From: a bacterium
Lineage (GTDB): Bacteria > CSSED10-310 > JAJRTK01
Direction of reading: 5' to 3'
DNA: 64,000 bases
Assembly (NCBI GenBank): GCA_024278345.1
Contig: JAJRTK010000277.1
Coordinates: 3,612 to 67,611 of the forward strand
The stretch's first letter is position 1. Each line of letters starts with the position of its first letter. The notes beneath the pieces were generated by a model. The model was not told the DNA's origin. It was given only the letters and a program-made list of their open reading frames with translations, and made no database searches. Both the position numbers and the translations under genes were made by a program. Below are positions 18,156 to 26,414 of the stretch, piece by piece.

Positions 18156-20225
18156 ATGAAGATTGTTTCTCTAGTCATCACCGTTGGTCTCTTGGTTACG
18201 GGATTGGCTCTCTGGGTTCCGCCAGTGGATGCGGGAAGTCGTGCGTGGAGTCTTGAAGGTCCCGATGGAGGCATTCCCGACTATTTGTTTGTCAGCCCCA
18301 GCAAGAAGAATGTCTGGATGGTCTCCAGGGGCTTCCTTTTTCGATACCGCGATACGAAAAGGGCCTGGGAAAGCGTGCCTCTGGACACGACGTTCGATTT
18401 TGTGCGAAGCGTGGCATTTTCTCCGGACAATGACGAACATATCCTTGTTTCCACTAGCAGAGGCCGGGTCCTTCGGTCCTTCGACGGCGGTCAAACCTGG
18501 GAGGCTGCGGTCTTGGTGCCGGGATTGCTAGTCTGGCATGTTGCGGTGGATCCATTCGATAGCTCCCATGCTTTGGCGTCGATCTCGAGTATCGCGGCTG
18601 GGCTTTTTGAGACTCGGGACTTTGGGGCAACGTGGAAGAGGAGGGGGTTGGAAGGGGTCAAACCGGGAAAGATCTATTTCGATCCTAACCAAGAGGGACA
18701 TGTCTATGTTGCAAGTTCAAACTCTGGGACAATTTTCCTGACAACTGATGGCGGGGCAACCTACAAGCGCCTCTCGGGGGCATTGGGCGGGTTTCTCGAG
18801 CCGATCGATCTGCACCTGGGTAATACGACGATCCGGAAGAACGTGATGTTCGCGGGCACAACCAGCGGTGTCATCAAGAGCGTCGATGGGGGAAGGCGCT
18901 GGCACCTGGCGGGATTCCGGGACGCGGTGACGGGGCTGGCGATCCGGCGTGATGGTGTGATCATCGCGGCTTCCCTTCGGGGTTTGTGGGCGGGAGATCC
19001 TCGAGGTGACACCTTCGAACAGCTCATTCCCAAAGAGAATCCTCTGTACGGCTCGAGGTTCGATGCCGCGATCTTGCGGAATGACTTGCTCTATTTGGGA
19101 TCGACGATTGGGGGCGTTCAGACGACCTCGACCCTTGGGTTGAGCTTCAACGCGCAAAACCGGGGCTTCAAGGGGGTCAGTCTCCTTTCCCTGGACGTCG
19201 ATGAAACGACGGGAGATATTCTTGTGGGCGCCAGCTCGGGAGCCGGGCTGTATCTCCAGCGGGGAGACGACCTCTGGCGGCGGTGGCAAGAAACGGGGCG
19301 AAGCCTCAATCTCTCCGCGCCGAGGCTTCTGGCGGTCCGAAGTCGTCAAGATCGCAACAAATTGTATGTCGCTTCCACCAATGGAGGCATCATCTACAGC
19401 ACTGATGAAGGGGAGAACTGGACGAGTATCACCCTGAACACTTCCGGGGCTCTTCCCCTCCGCGTGGTTCTTCCGCCTGGCATCGACGGGCCGGACGGGT
19501 TGGTGATGGCAACGAATCTAGGTGTTTTCCAGTTTAGACGGGAGGTCAATGCCTGGGTGAAGCTCTTTCCCGAAAGCCTGGGTGAGGCCACGGAGTTAGT
19601 GTACAACCCGGAGAATCCGGATCGGGTCTACTTGGGAACCGAGATCAGCCTCTACCGGAGCGATGACGGGGGAACGACCATGGTGGATCTTTCGAAGCCG
19701 GTGCGGGATCTGTTCGGAGACCCGCCGGGTGATCCGCTGCCCCTCTATGTTCAGGATATCGCGTTGGATCCTACGGACCCGAGGCGACTCTTGGTATCGT
19801 TTCGGGACCGGGGGGTTTGGCAGAGCAGGAATGGGGGAAACAGATTGGATCCCTACATTTTCATCGAGGCTCCCGAGTCTTTCCAGTCGCTGGCCATCAG
19901 CCCCCGGCAATTTGCCCATCAGTATTTCGGGACCCTTTTCAACGGCGTCATTCGGACGGCCAATGGCGGAAAGGACTTTGAGTCTTTTAGCGATGGGCAA
20001 GGATATCCGAACATCTTGGAGCTGGTTTTCGACAGGAAGAGACCGCTGACCCTGTACGCGCGCTTGAGGAATCTCGGGCTCGATGCGTATACTTTCGGGG
20101 ACGTGCCGGACCCTGAGCCGGTCGTTCCTGGACTTGGCGCCGCGGGAGTGGTTGTGCTTCTCCTGCTGTTTGGCCTCCTCCTGAACCCTGTTTGTTGGAG
20201 GAAGTTGACAAGCCAGGCTCAATGA
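18156..20225 (+). CDS. Secreted BNR/Asp-box repeat protein (Ycf48 or sialidase-like beta-propeller) with a C-terminal PEP-CTERM-like sorting signal.
   Basis: Signal peptide MKIVSLVITVGLLVTGLALW. At least six Asp-box motifs: SFDGGQTWEA, TTDGGATYKRL, SVDGGRRWHL, STDEGENWTSI, SDDGGTTMVDL, TANGGKDFESF. C-terminus VPDPEPVVPG-LGAAGVVVLLLLFGLLL-NPVCWRK reads as PEP, then TM helix, then basic tail. Confidence 0.7.
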   Translation: MKIVSLVITVGLLVTGLALWVPPVDAGSRAWSLEGPDGGIPDYLFVSPSKKNVWMVSRGFLFRYRDTKRAWESVPLDTTFDFVRSVAFSPDNDEHILVSTSRGRVLRSFDGGQTWEAAVLVPGLLVWHVAVDPFDSSHALASISSIAAGLFETRDFGATWKRRGLEGVKPGKIYFDPNQEGHVYVASSNSGTIFLTTDGGATYKRLSGALGGFLEPIDLHLGNTTIRKNVMFAGTTSGVIKSVDGGRRWHLAGFRDAVTGLAIRRDGVIIAASLRGLWAGDPRGDTFEQLIPKENPLYGSRFDAAILRNDLLYLGSTIGGVQTTSTLGLSFNAQNRGFKGVSLLSLDVDETTGDILVGASSGAGLYLQRGDDLWRRWQETGRSLNLSAPRLLAVRSRQDRNKLYVASTNGGIIYSTDEGENWTSITLNTSGALPLRVVLPPGIDGPDGLVMATNLGVFQFRREVNAWVKLFPESLGEATELVYNPENPDRVYLGTEISLYRSDDGGTTMVDLSKPVRDLFGDPPGDPLPLYVQDIALDPTDPRRLLVSFRDRGVWQSRNGGNRLDPYIFIEAPESFQSLAISPRQFAHQYFGTLFNGVIRTANGGKDFESFSDGQGYPNILELVFDRKRPLTLYARLRNLGLDAYTFGDVPDPEPVVPGLGAAGVVVLLLLFGLLLNPVCWRKLTSQAQ

Positions 20226-20264
20226 CCTATTAAACAATAGGTAGGTGAGCAATCAAGAGTTTAG

Positions 20265-20888
20265 GTGGATGAGTGGATGAGTGTGAAAGGAAGGAGGACA
20301 ACCTTGAAAAGGTGCCTTTCGCTTGCAGCTATGATCGTTGTTCTTGGATTTGCAGGAGCAAACTTCGCCACGGCGAACACGTTTGTTTTCTCGCATCTCC
20401 TTGAGCAGTCGGGAACCCTTCTCGATACCCAAAACACTTTCGACACCACGATTTTCGTGGCTTATACCGAAGGCCAGGGTGGCGTGCCGGCAGATGCAAC
20501 GGCGTCTTCTATCGACATTTTCATTTTCGATGAAGTCACCGGTGATCTGTTGTTGGCGGACGATGGCTCGACGGCCATCTGTGCTCCGTGCAATTTCCCC
20601 ATGGGTTCGGATGGTTTGACCAACTCGTTCGATCCAACCGTGGGTGACAACAACACGGGTATCAGCCCTCGCAAGAGGAAGCTGAGCATCGAGCAGATGA
20701 TCAAGGATAAAAACGGCGGCAGTTTCCTTTCCGCCGGGATTGTGCTCGGTTATGTTATCGCGGTAACCAACGGAAACGTTGACGCCATGAATCTGACGAG
20801 CGCCGTGGTCAATGCCCGAAGCGGTCCCGCGGATCTTGCGGTGTTCGTTTTCGAGCCTCAGCCAATTGCGGCGGCGGCAGTGCGTTAA
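20265..20888 (+). CDS. Secreted hypothetical protein encoded in a lower-GC segment.
   Basis: Signal peptide (CLSLAAMIVVLGFAGANFATA). Local GC about 50% against about 62% in the flanks. No motif recognised. Confidence 0.45.
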   Translation: MDEWMSVKGRRTTLKRCLSLAAMIVVLGFAGANFATANTFVFSHLLEQSGTLLDTQNTFDTTIFVAYTEGQGGVPADATASSIDIFIFDEVTGDLLLADDGSTAICAPCNFPMGSDGLTNSFDPTVGDNNTGISPRKRKLSIEQMIKDKNGGSFLSAGIVLGYVIAVTNGNVDAMNLTSAVVNARSGPADLAVFVFEPQPIAAAAVR

Positions 20889-21017
20889 GACGGTCGGATG
20901 ATCGTTTTGTAGAAAGGGCCAGGGTCTTATGCTCCTGGTCCTTTCTGCCGTTTTTCAGGGCTGGGAAAGTAGCAGCCCGAGTCTTCGAGGAAGCCCCATG
21001 TCACGACGGTTCACTAT

Positions 21018-22100
21018 TTGTCTTCTGGTGCTCCTGGTTTTGCGGGATGCGAGCAGAAGCCCCGCGAGACTTTCGCGCAGATCCAAAAACAGTTTGAGGG
21101 AAAGAAAGTCATTCCCGTGGGGGCCGCGGCGAACCGAGCCGCTCTGGCTGAGAAGGAGGCGGGTGCAAAGAGGAATCCAGAGGATTTCGCGACTCAGTAC
21201 AACTTAGCAGTCACCGCGCTTCAGGCGCGAAAGTGGGAGATCGCCCTGGCTGCGGCGGCCAAAGCCCACAGTCTCAAACCAGATTCTAACGTCGCGCGAG
21301 AAATCTACGCCTACTGTCTTCAGCAGCAGGGAAAGCTCGATGAAGCCGCCAAGATCTGGGAATTGATCGTCACGAGCGAAAAGCCCTTTAAGTCGATGAT
21401 CCGCAACAACCTCTGCAACTATTACAAGATCCGGAAGCAGTTCCAGAAGGCGGAGATGGAATGTCTTCAGGCACTTGAGGACAAAGATCTTTTCAGTCCT
21501 GAGATCGTCCACCTGAACTTGGGGGATGTCTATTTGCAGCAGGGACGCTTCCCCAAAGCAATCCAGGCGATCCAGGAAGGGCTTAAGATCTCTCCCAACC
21601 TCCGGTACGCCCATCACCAACTTGGGCGGATCGCGCTCCTGCAGGAAGACTACTCTGGCGCGATGGAGGAATTTGAAAAGGAGACGGCCAATCCCAGGGC
21701 GTCGTGGGAAAGCCACTACTATCTGGCGGTGGCGGCGTCCCGCGTGGTTCCTCCTCAACTGGACCGAGCAAGAAAGGCCATGGAGAAAGTCGATGAGCTA
21801 CGGCCAGGAGAGAGCGCATATCATCGGGCCGTCCTGGCAGAGCTGTACCTTGACGCAGGCAAGAGCGAGGAGGCTGGGAAACTCGCCAAAGAAGCAGTTG
21901 AAGGAATGCCTATTTTTCGCAAGGATCAGCGAAATCTTGCTTATTACGTCCTGGCTCGGAGCCTATCAGAGCTGGGCGAGACAGAAAAAGCGAAAGATTC
22001 CTACCAGAAGTTCCGAGAGACGGAATCGGCTGTCGATGGAACAGATCCCCAGCAGCGGAGGCGGATGAATGCGCTGGAACGCCTATTTGGCTCACATTAG
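21018..22100 (+). CDS. TPR-repeat protein, probably a lipoprotein.
   Basis: Multiple 34-residue TPR units with the W-LG-Y / A-F-A-P pattern (e.g. YNLAVTALQARKWEIALAAAAKAHSLKP…, LNLGDVYLQQGRFPKAIQAIQEGLKISPN). The listed start is TTG. GFAGC looks like a lipobox. The signal peptide appears in the adjacent frame (see findings). Confidence 0.6.
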   Translation: MSSGAPGFAGCEQKPRETFAQIQKQFEGKKVIPVGAAANRAALAEKEAGAKRNPEDFATQYNLAVTALQARKWEIALAAAAKAHSLKPDSNVAREIYAYCLQQQGKLDEAAKIWELIVTSEKPFKSMIRNNLCNYYKIRKQFQKAEMECLQALEDKDLFSPEIVHLNLGDVYLQQGRFPKAIQAIQEGLKISPNLRYAHHQLGRIALLQEDYSGAMEEFEKETANPRASWESHYYLAVAASRVVPPQLDRARKAMEKVDELRPGESAYHRAVLAELYLDAGKSEEAGKLAKEAVEGMPIFRKDQRNLAYYVLARSLSELGETEKAKDSYQKFRETESAVDGTDPQQRRRMNALERLFGSH

Positions 22101-22605
22101 CTTGGTGGCGGGCCTACTTCTGTTGCTCCCGGCCTGCCGGACGGAGCAGAAACCCAAATCCCAGCAGACGCCCCAGATAGAAACTCACGACATCGACCCC
22201 AAGCTGGCTCGGCATATTCGGGAGCGAGCCGAAGCCTATCTTGAGGCATTGAAGAACGACGACTTTGACGCAATGTGGGCCATGATCGACGAGGGCTCGA
22301 AGAAAAAAACCGGCATCGCCAAGTTTGTAAGAATGAACGGGTACCGGAATGTGGGAGCCTTCTTTGGAATGCGGGTGGCATCGGTGAGGGGTATCGATGA
22401 GAAGGCGGTCCTGGTCAAGTCGGTGGTCCGGTTCCAGTATTTCGGCACGATCTTCCCCGACCCGGATCCGACTCCCGTCGTTTTCAACTGGGAGGAGAAA
22501 TGGAAACTTGCCCCGGACGGCGAGTGGTACCGAGTGATTCCCGAACCCGATCCCGAGCGGCAGAAACAGCTTGAATCGGTCTGTAGCAGCAAGCGCCGGC
22601 AATGA
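22069..22605 (+). CDS. Hypothetical lipoprotein.
   Basis: Lipoprotein signal MRWNAYLAHISLVAGLLLLLPAC. Soluble 150-aa domain with no recognisable motif. Confidence 0.5.
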   Translation: MRWNAYLAHISLVAGLLLLLPACRTEQKPKSQQTPQIETHDIDPKLARHIRERAEAYLEALKNDDFDAMWAMIDEGSKKKTGIAKFVRMNGYRNVGAFFGMRVASVRGIDEKAVLVKSVVRFQYFGTIFPDPDPTPVVFNWEEKWKLAPDGEWYRVIPEPDPERQKQLESVCSSKRRQ

Positions 22606-22647
22606 CGGGGGCTGCTCGCCCTCTGGGCTCGGCTTTCCGGTGCCTCT

Positions 22648-23223
22648 TTGGGGCCGGCGGCGGCCCATGAAAGGAATGGCATGTTCTTTCGGACCCGGCA
22701 ATTGATTCGGGAGAACCGGGTTCTGCTCCGGTTCTACCTTCTCTTCGCGTACCTGGTCCTGCTCCTGTACCTCTGTTTGCAGATGGAGTTGACTCACCGT
22801 TGGATCGCCGTAAGTCTTCCTGGGTTCGTCGCCGGGCTGGTGGCTTGGTTCTTGTCTGTGGTGGGGATGGATGCGCAGGCGTTTGGCACGACGGTGAGTA
22901 TTGTGGATGGATTGAGTTTCCGTATCATCTACCACTGCACCGGACTCTTCCTGATGTCCATCTACGCTTCTGCTGTCTGGGCCTATCCGGCCACCTGGTT
23001 GGAGCGGCTTTTAGGTCTCGTACTGGGTTTGCCTGTCCTATTCGGGCTCAACGTCCTTCGTTTGGCCGCACTGGGGATCGTGGGAAAGTATTTTCCCCAG
23101 TATTTCGATCTTTCCCACGAATATCTTTGGCAGGGCTTGCTCATCGTCTTCGTGCTGGTCCTTTGGGTCCAATGGCGGGATCGGATCGTGACGGGCCGGG
23201 GACAGCTTCGACTAGCGACATGA
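22648..23223 (+). CDS. Minimal exosortase/archaeosortase-family-like polytopic membrane protein (speculative).
   Basis: Five TM helices. Intramembrane Cys in FRIIYHCTGLFLMSIY, comparable to the exosortase ACSG(L/I)RS active-site Cys motif. A downstream N-x-x-R motif (LNVLRLAALGIV) and further Arg residues about 40 residues later. It sits next to a TPR protein and a protein with a PEP-CTERM-like tail. Confidence 0.35.
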   Translation: MGPAAAHERNGMFFRTRQLIRENRVLLRFYLLFAYLVLLLYLCLQMELTHRWIAVSLPGFVAGLVAWFLSVVGMDAQAFGTTVSIVDGLSFRIIYHCTGLFLMSIYASAVWAYPATWLERLLGLVLGLPVLFGLNVLRLAALGIVGKYFPQYFDLSHEYLWQGLLIVFVLVLWVQWRDRIVTGRGQLRLAT

Positions 23224-23224
23224 A

Positions 23225-23839
23225 TTGGTGGTGCGGGTGAAGAGTTCGGCAGGGCAGTCAACGCAGTTCTCCGCGGCCTATGTTGGGCGTTTTTTTCTTT
23301 TGTCGGCGGGTATCTTCCTGCTCTATCCGGTTCTTCTGCCCGCTTATGCAACCCTTCTGGTGACGCCGATTACCGTGGCCATCACCGAGCTTCACGCGAT
23401 GAGAGACGGGGTTTCCTTTGCCTTTGAATGGCGGGACTGGAGCACGATTCGCGGTTTGGCCTCGGTGAACTTCGCGCCGCTGTGCCAAAACACGGTGGTA
23501 TTGAGCGCGCTGATCCTGGCCCTCCAATGGCCATTGGCAAAGCGGATTCGAACTCTTGCCATCGCCTCGATGCTATTGTTTCTGCTGAACGAGCTGCATC
23601 TGGCGCTGATCGTTTTGTACAATTATCATGTGACTTTCCCTTCTCCTGATCCTGGCTTCTGGAAAGACCTGGGTTGGAGGATCGTTTCCATCGCGTATCA
23701 CCAGGGCAGGCAGGTGGGAACCATGCTCTTCCCCTTCGCACTGTTTCTCCTCCTGCTGCTCCGCCAAGCAAAAAGCCCCGCCAACGGCGGGGCTTTTTGC
23801 AACAAGAAAGAGGAGCATGGGCCATCTCAAGTGGGTTGA
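23225..23839 (+). CDS. Polytopic membrane protein (4-5 TM), possibly functionally linked to or originally fused with the upstream exosortase-like gene.
   Basis: Hydrophobic helices (FFLLSAGIFLLYPVLLPAYATLLVTPITVAI; TVVLSALILALQWPL; LAIASMLLFLLNELHLALIVL). The first ATG lies far downstream, so the start is TTG or GTG (23225-23237), 1-5 nt after the upstream stop and in a different frame. Confidence 0.35.
   Translation: MVVRVKSSAGQSTQFSAAYVGRFFLLSAGIFLLYPVLLPAYATLLVTPITVAITELHAMRDGVSFAFEWRDWSTIRGLASVNFAPLCQNTVVLSALILALQWPLAKRIRTLAIASMLLFLLNELHLALIVLYNYHVTFPSPDPGFWKDLGWRIVSIAYHQGRQVGTMLFPFALFLLLLLRQAKSPANGGAFCNKKEEHGPSQVG
23775..23799. terminator. Bidirectional rho-independent terminator: GCCCCGCC-aacg-GGCGGGGC flanked by A5 and T5.
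   Basis: Perfect 8-bp GC stem with a 4-nt loop and a T-run on both strands. It lies at the 3' end of the + strand membrane-protein gene and 28 nt downstream of the minus-strand small ORF that ends at 23827. Confidence 0.7.
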
Positions 23840-24051
23840 GTACGGCTTCCTTCCTGAAACCGGCTCACGTGATAAACATCGCCATCCTTGTAGCGGATCT
23901 CATAGAGGATATAGCGTTCTCCTTTAACAGCGCGAAAGTAGGCAACCCCCCGCTGCTTGCCTCCACGGAGATAGCCCATGGCGTTCTTTTTGTCTCTCAC
24001 GTACATTTGCTGAAGGTAGCGGACGCCTTCTTCGTCTCCAGTCACTCTCAA
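23827..24051 (-). CDS. Small basic hypothetical protein (74 aa), possibly toxin-like.
   Basis: Non-random composition rich in Lys, Tyr and Arg (GYLRGGKQRGVAYFRAVKGERYILYEIRYKDGDVYHVSRFQE), unlike spurious high-GC ORFs. It is followed by the strong terminator at 23775-23799. Confidence 0.4.
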   Translation of the reverse strand: MRVTGDEEGVRYLQQMYVRDKKNAMGYLRGGKQRGVAYFRAVKGERYILYEIRYKDGDVYHVSRFQEGSRTQPT

Positions 24052-24238
24052 CGCACGCCCTCCGACTTGGAAAAGACCCTTCTAGGTTCTGTTTGATGGA
24101 ATCGAGGCACGTCTAAAGGGAGGATACCACATCTGGTGGCAAGCTCGCAGCATCGCGACGGGACAACGGGTTGGAATGAGATTTGCTGTTCCTGTTTGAT
24201 CACTCGTAGAGTCCAAGAGGATAGAGGGAGGCCATAGA

Positions 24239-25408
24239 ATGCTTGGATCAAATAGTTGGATCGAGGTCGATGCGGGGGCTTTGGAGCATAATCTTGGTGT
24301 CTTTCGCACGAGGATTGGCCCCAGACGACGCCTGGCGGCCGTGGTGAAAGCAAATGCTTACGGTCATGGCATGGTAGAGGTCTCGTCCATCGCCGTGAAG
24401 GCCGGAGCCGACTGGCTGGCGGTTCACTGCCTGGAGGAAGGATTGGCTTTGAGGCAAGTTGGCCACACCTGTCCAATTTTGCTCCTGGGGCCGGTCCATC
24501 ACAAGGCCTTGGAAGAGGCTGTGGAAGCCGACTTGCGGTTAACCGTCTACGACCCGGCGATGCTGCGCCACCTGTCGAAGGCCGCTTGCCGCCTTGGCCG
24601 GACGGCGCGGGTCCATTTCAAGCTGGAAACGGGGACTCATCGGCAGGGGATACCCTCGGAGCAGCTTGACAGGATGGCAGAAATGGCACTGAGGTTGCCT
24701 GGAATCGAGCTGGAGGGTGCATCGACACATTTCGCCAACATTGAAGACACCACGGATCACTCCTATGCCAAGGGGCAGCTCCTGGAGTTCGAGGCGGCAT
24801 CCGGTCGGCTGCGGCGGAAGGTTGCTTCCGGGTTGCTCACGCACTGCGCTTGCAGCGCGGCGGCAATTCTCATGCCTCAAACCCATATGGAGATGATTCG
24901 GCTGGGAATCAGTCTTTACGGGTATTGGCCGTCCAAGGAGACCTTGATTTCGGCGCGAGAGCTTCTTGCTGAGCCGATGGAGCTTCGCCGGTGCTTGAGC
25001 TGGAAGGCGCGTTTGGCCCAGATCAAGGAGGTTGAGGCAAATCGATTGATTGGCTACGGCTGTTCCTACAAGACAACGCGAAGGACGATTCTTGGAGTTC
25101 TGCCGGTGGGCTATTCCGATGGCTACGCCCGCGGGCTTTCCAACCGAGCTCACGTTCTGGTTCGTGGTTGCCGCGCCCGGGTATTGGGCCGGATCTGCAT
25201 GAACTTGATGATGGTGGATCTCACCGACGTGGGACCGGTGACATTGGAGGATGAGGTGGTCCTCATTGGCAAGCAAGGGCGGGAAGAGATCACGGCGGAA
25301 GATCTGGCGCAATTGTTGGGAACCATCCACTACGAAATCATGGCGCGAATGGACCGGGGCATTTCCCGGGTTCTGGTTCGGCGGGGCGGGCTGGAAGCGG
25401 CGGACTAG
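24239..25408 (+). CDS. alr: Alanine racemase.
   Basis: PLP-binding motif AVVKANAYGHGMVEV. Overall length and composition fit a fold-III racemase. Confidence 0.85.
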   Translation: MLGSNSWIEVDAGALEHNLGVFRTRIGPRRRLAAVVKANAYGHGMVEVSSIAVKAGADWLAVHCLEEGLALRQVGHTCPILLLGPVHHKALEEAVEADLRLTVYDPAMLRHLSKAACRLGRTARVHFKLETGTHRQGIPSEQLDRMAEMALRLPGIELEGASTHFANIEDTTDHSYAKGQLLEFEAASGRLRRKVASGLLTHCACSAAAILMPQTHMEMIRLGISLYGYWPSKETLISARELLAEPMELRRCLSWKARLAQIKEVEANRLIGYGCSYKTTRRTILGVLPVGYSDGYARGLSNRAHVLVRGCRARVLGRICMNLMMVDLTDVGPVTLEDEVVLIGKQGREEITAEDLAQLLGTIHYEIMARMDRGISRVLVRRGGLEAAD

Positions 25409-25448
25409 GTTGGAGTTGATTGTCTTTTTGCATCTCTTGGGGATTTCG

Positions 25449-26336
25449 GTGAATGGGACTGGAGATCATGGGCTTTGCGTAGTCCTTGTAGAACCTCGGA
25501 CTCCTGGAAATGTGGGCGCGGCGGCACGGGCGATGAAAAACATGGGGTTGGCCGATCTGCGATTGGTCCGGCCCTGCCGTCACCTCTCCCCCGAGGCGCG
25601 GCGCATGGCCCCCGGTGCCGTGGAAATCCTGGAAGGAGCGGGCCTCCATGAGAATCTTGCCGATGCTGTGGGGGATTGCCTCCGGGTGGTGGGATTCACG
25701 GCCCGGCGGGGGCAAGATCGGCCTTTGTCGGACGTGCGCGAATTGGGCGAAGTACTCCATCCAATCGTTGGTGGAGGTCGGATCGCCTTGGTCTTCGGTC
25801 GGGAGGACCGAGGTTTGACGAACCGGCATCTCGATCTGTGTCAAGAACTGGCGACGATCCCGACGGCTTCGGAGCACCGTTCCCTCAATCTTGCCCAAGC
25901 AGTGCTTCTTGCCTGCTACGAGATCCGGCGGGTCTTGTCCCAAAGGCACCAGGGCCGTGAGGCTTCCGGTTTGGTTTTCCCCGCTCAGGGGAAGAAGGAC
26001 GGTCTGAGAGGCAACGTGTCTCCGGCGAGATTTCCCTGTCCATCGGCGGATCTGGAAGGTTTGCTTGAGGACGCCATCTCGACGCTGCTTGGGATTGGGT
26101 ATTTGCGGGAAGAGCAATTTGATCGACAGCAAAGGATCTTGCGGCGGATCGCCGGAAAGGCGGCTCTGGATTCCCAAGAGGTCCGGTTCCTTCGGGGCAT
26201 TTTGCGGAAAGTCCGGTGGTGGGTGGGCCGTGCCCACGGGTTGGAGCTTGAGTTGTCGGCGCATGCTGGGAGCGATGGGAGCGGCCGCGAGCAGCGCGAC
26301 CGGAACGCAACAGAAGAAAAAGGCCGGAAAAGTTGA
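25449..26336 (+). CDS. trmJ: SpoU/TrmH-class RNA 2'-O-methyltransferase (TrmJ-like) with a C-terminal extension.
   Basis: N-terminal VVLVEPRTPGNVGAAARAMKNMGL (TrmJ signature), IALVFGREDRGLTN, and LNLAQAVLLACYEI (SPOUT knot motifs). The start is uncertain (GTG near 25449). The listed ORF start at 25251 overlaps alr. The last 20 codons coincide with repeat R3. Confidence 0.65.
   Translation: MNGTGDHGLCVVLVEPRTPGNVGAAARAMKNMGLADLRLVRPCRHLSPEARRMAPGAVEILEGAGLHENLADAVGDCLRVVGFTARRGQDRPLSDVRELGEVLHPIVGGGRIALVFGREDRGLTNRHLDLCQELATIPTASEHRSLNLAQAVLLACYEIRRVLSQRHQGREASGLVFPAQGKKDGLRGNVSPARFPCPSADLEGLLEDAISTLLGIGYLREEQFDRQQRILRRIAGKAALDSQEVRFLRGILRKVRWWVGRAHGLELELSAHAGSDGSGREQRDRNATEEKGRKS
26268..26326. 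repeat. Dispersed repeat R3, copy 1: AGCGATGGGAGCGGCCGCGA(G)CAGCGCGA(C)CGGAAC(G)CAA..AAG.
   Basis: About 90% identical to 54626-54682. It contains the NotI-type palindrome GCGGCCGC. Confidence 0.55.
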
Positions 26337-26414
26337 CGTCGGGGCCGGTTCAGGAACCGATCTATTGGGGAAGCTCCGACTGTTACTGGCGGTCAGCAGC
26401 GGCGGGAGAAAGAT

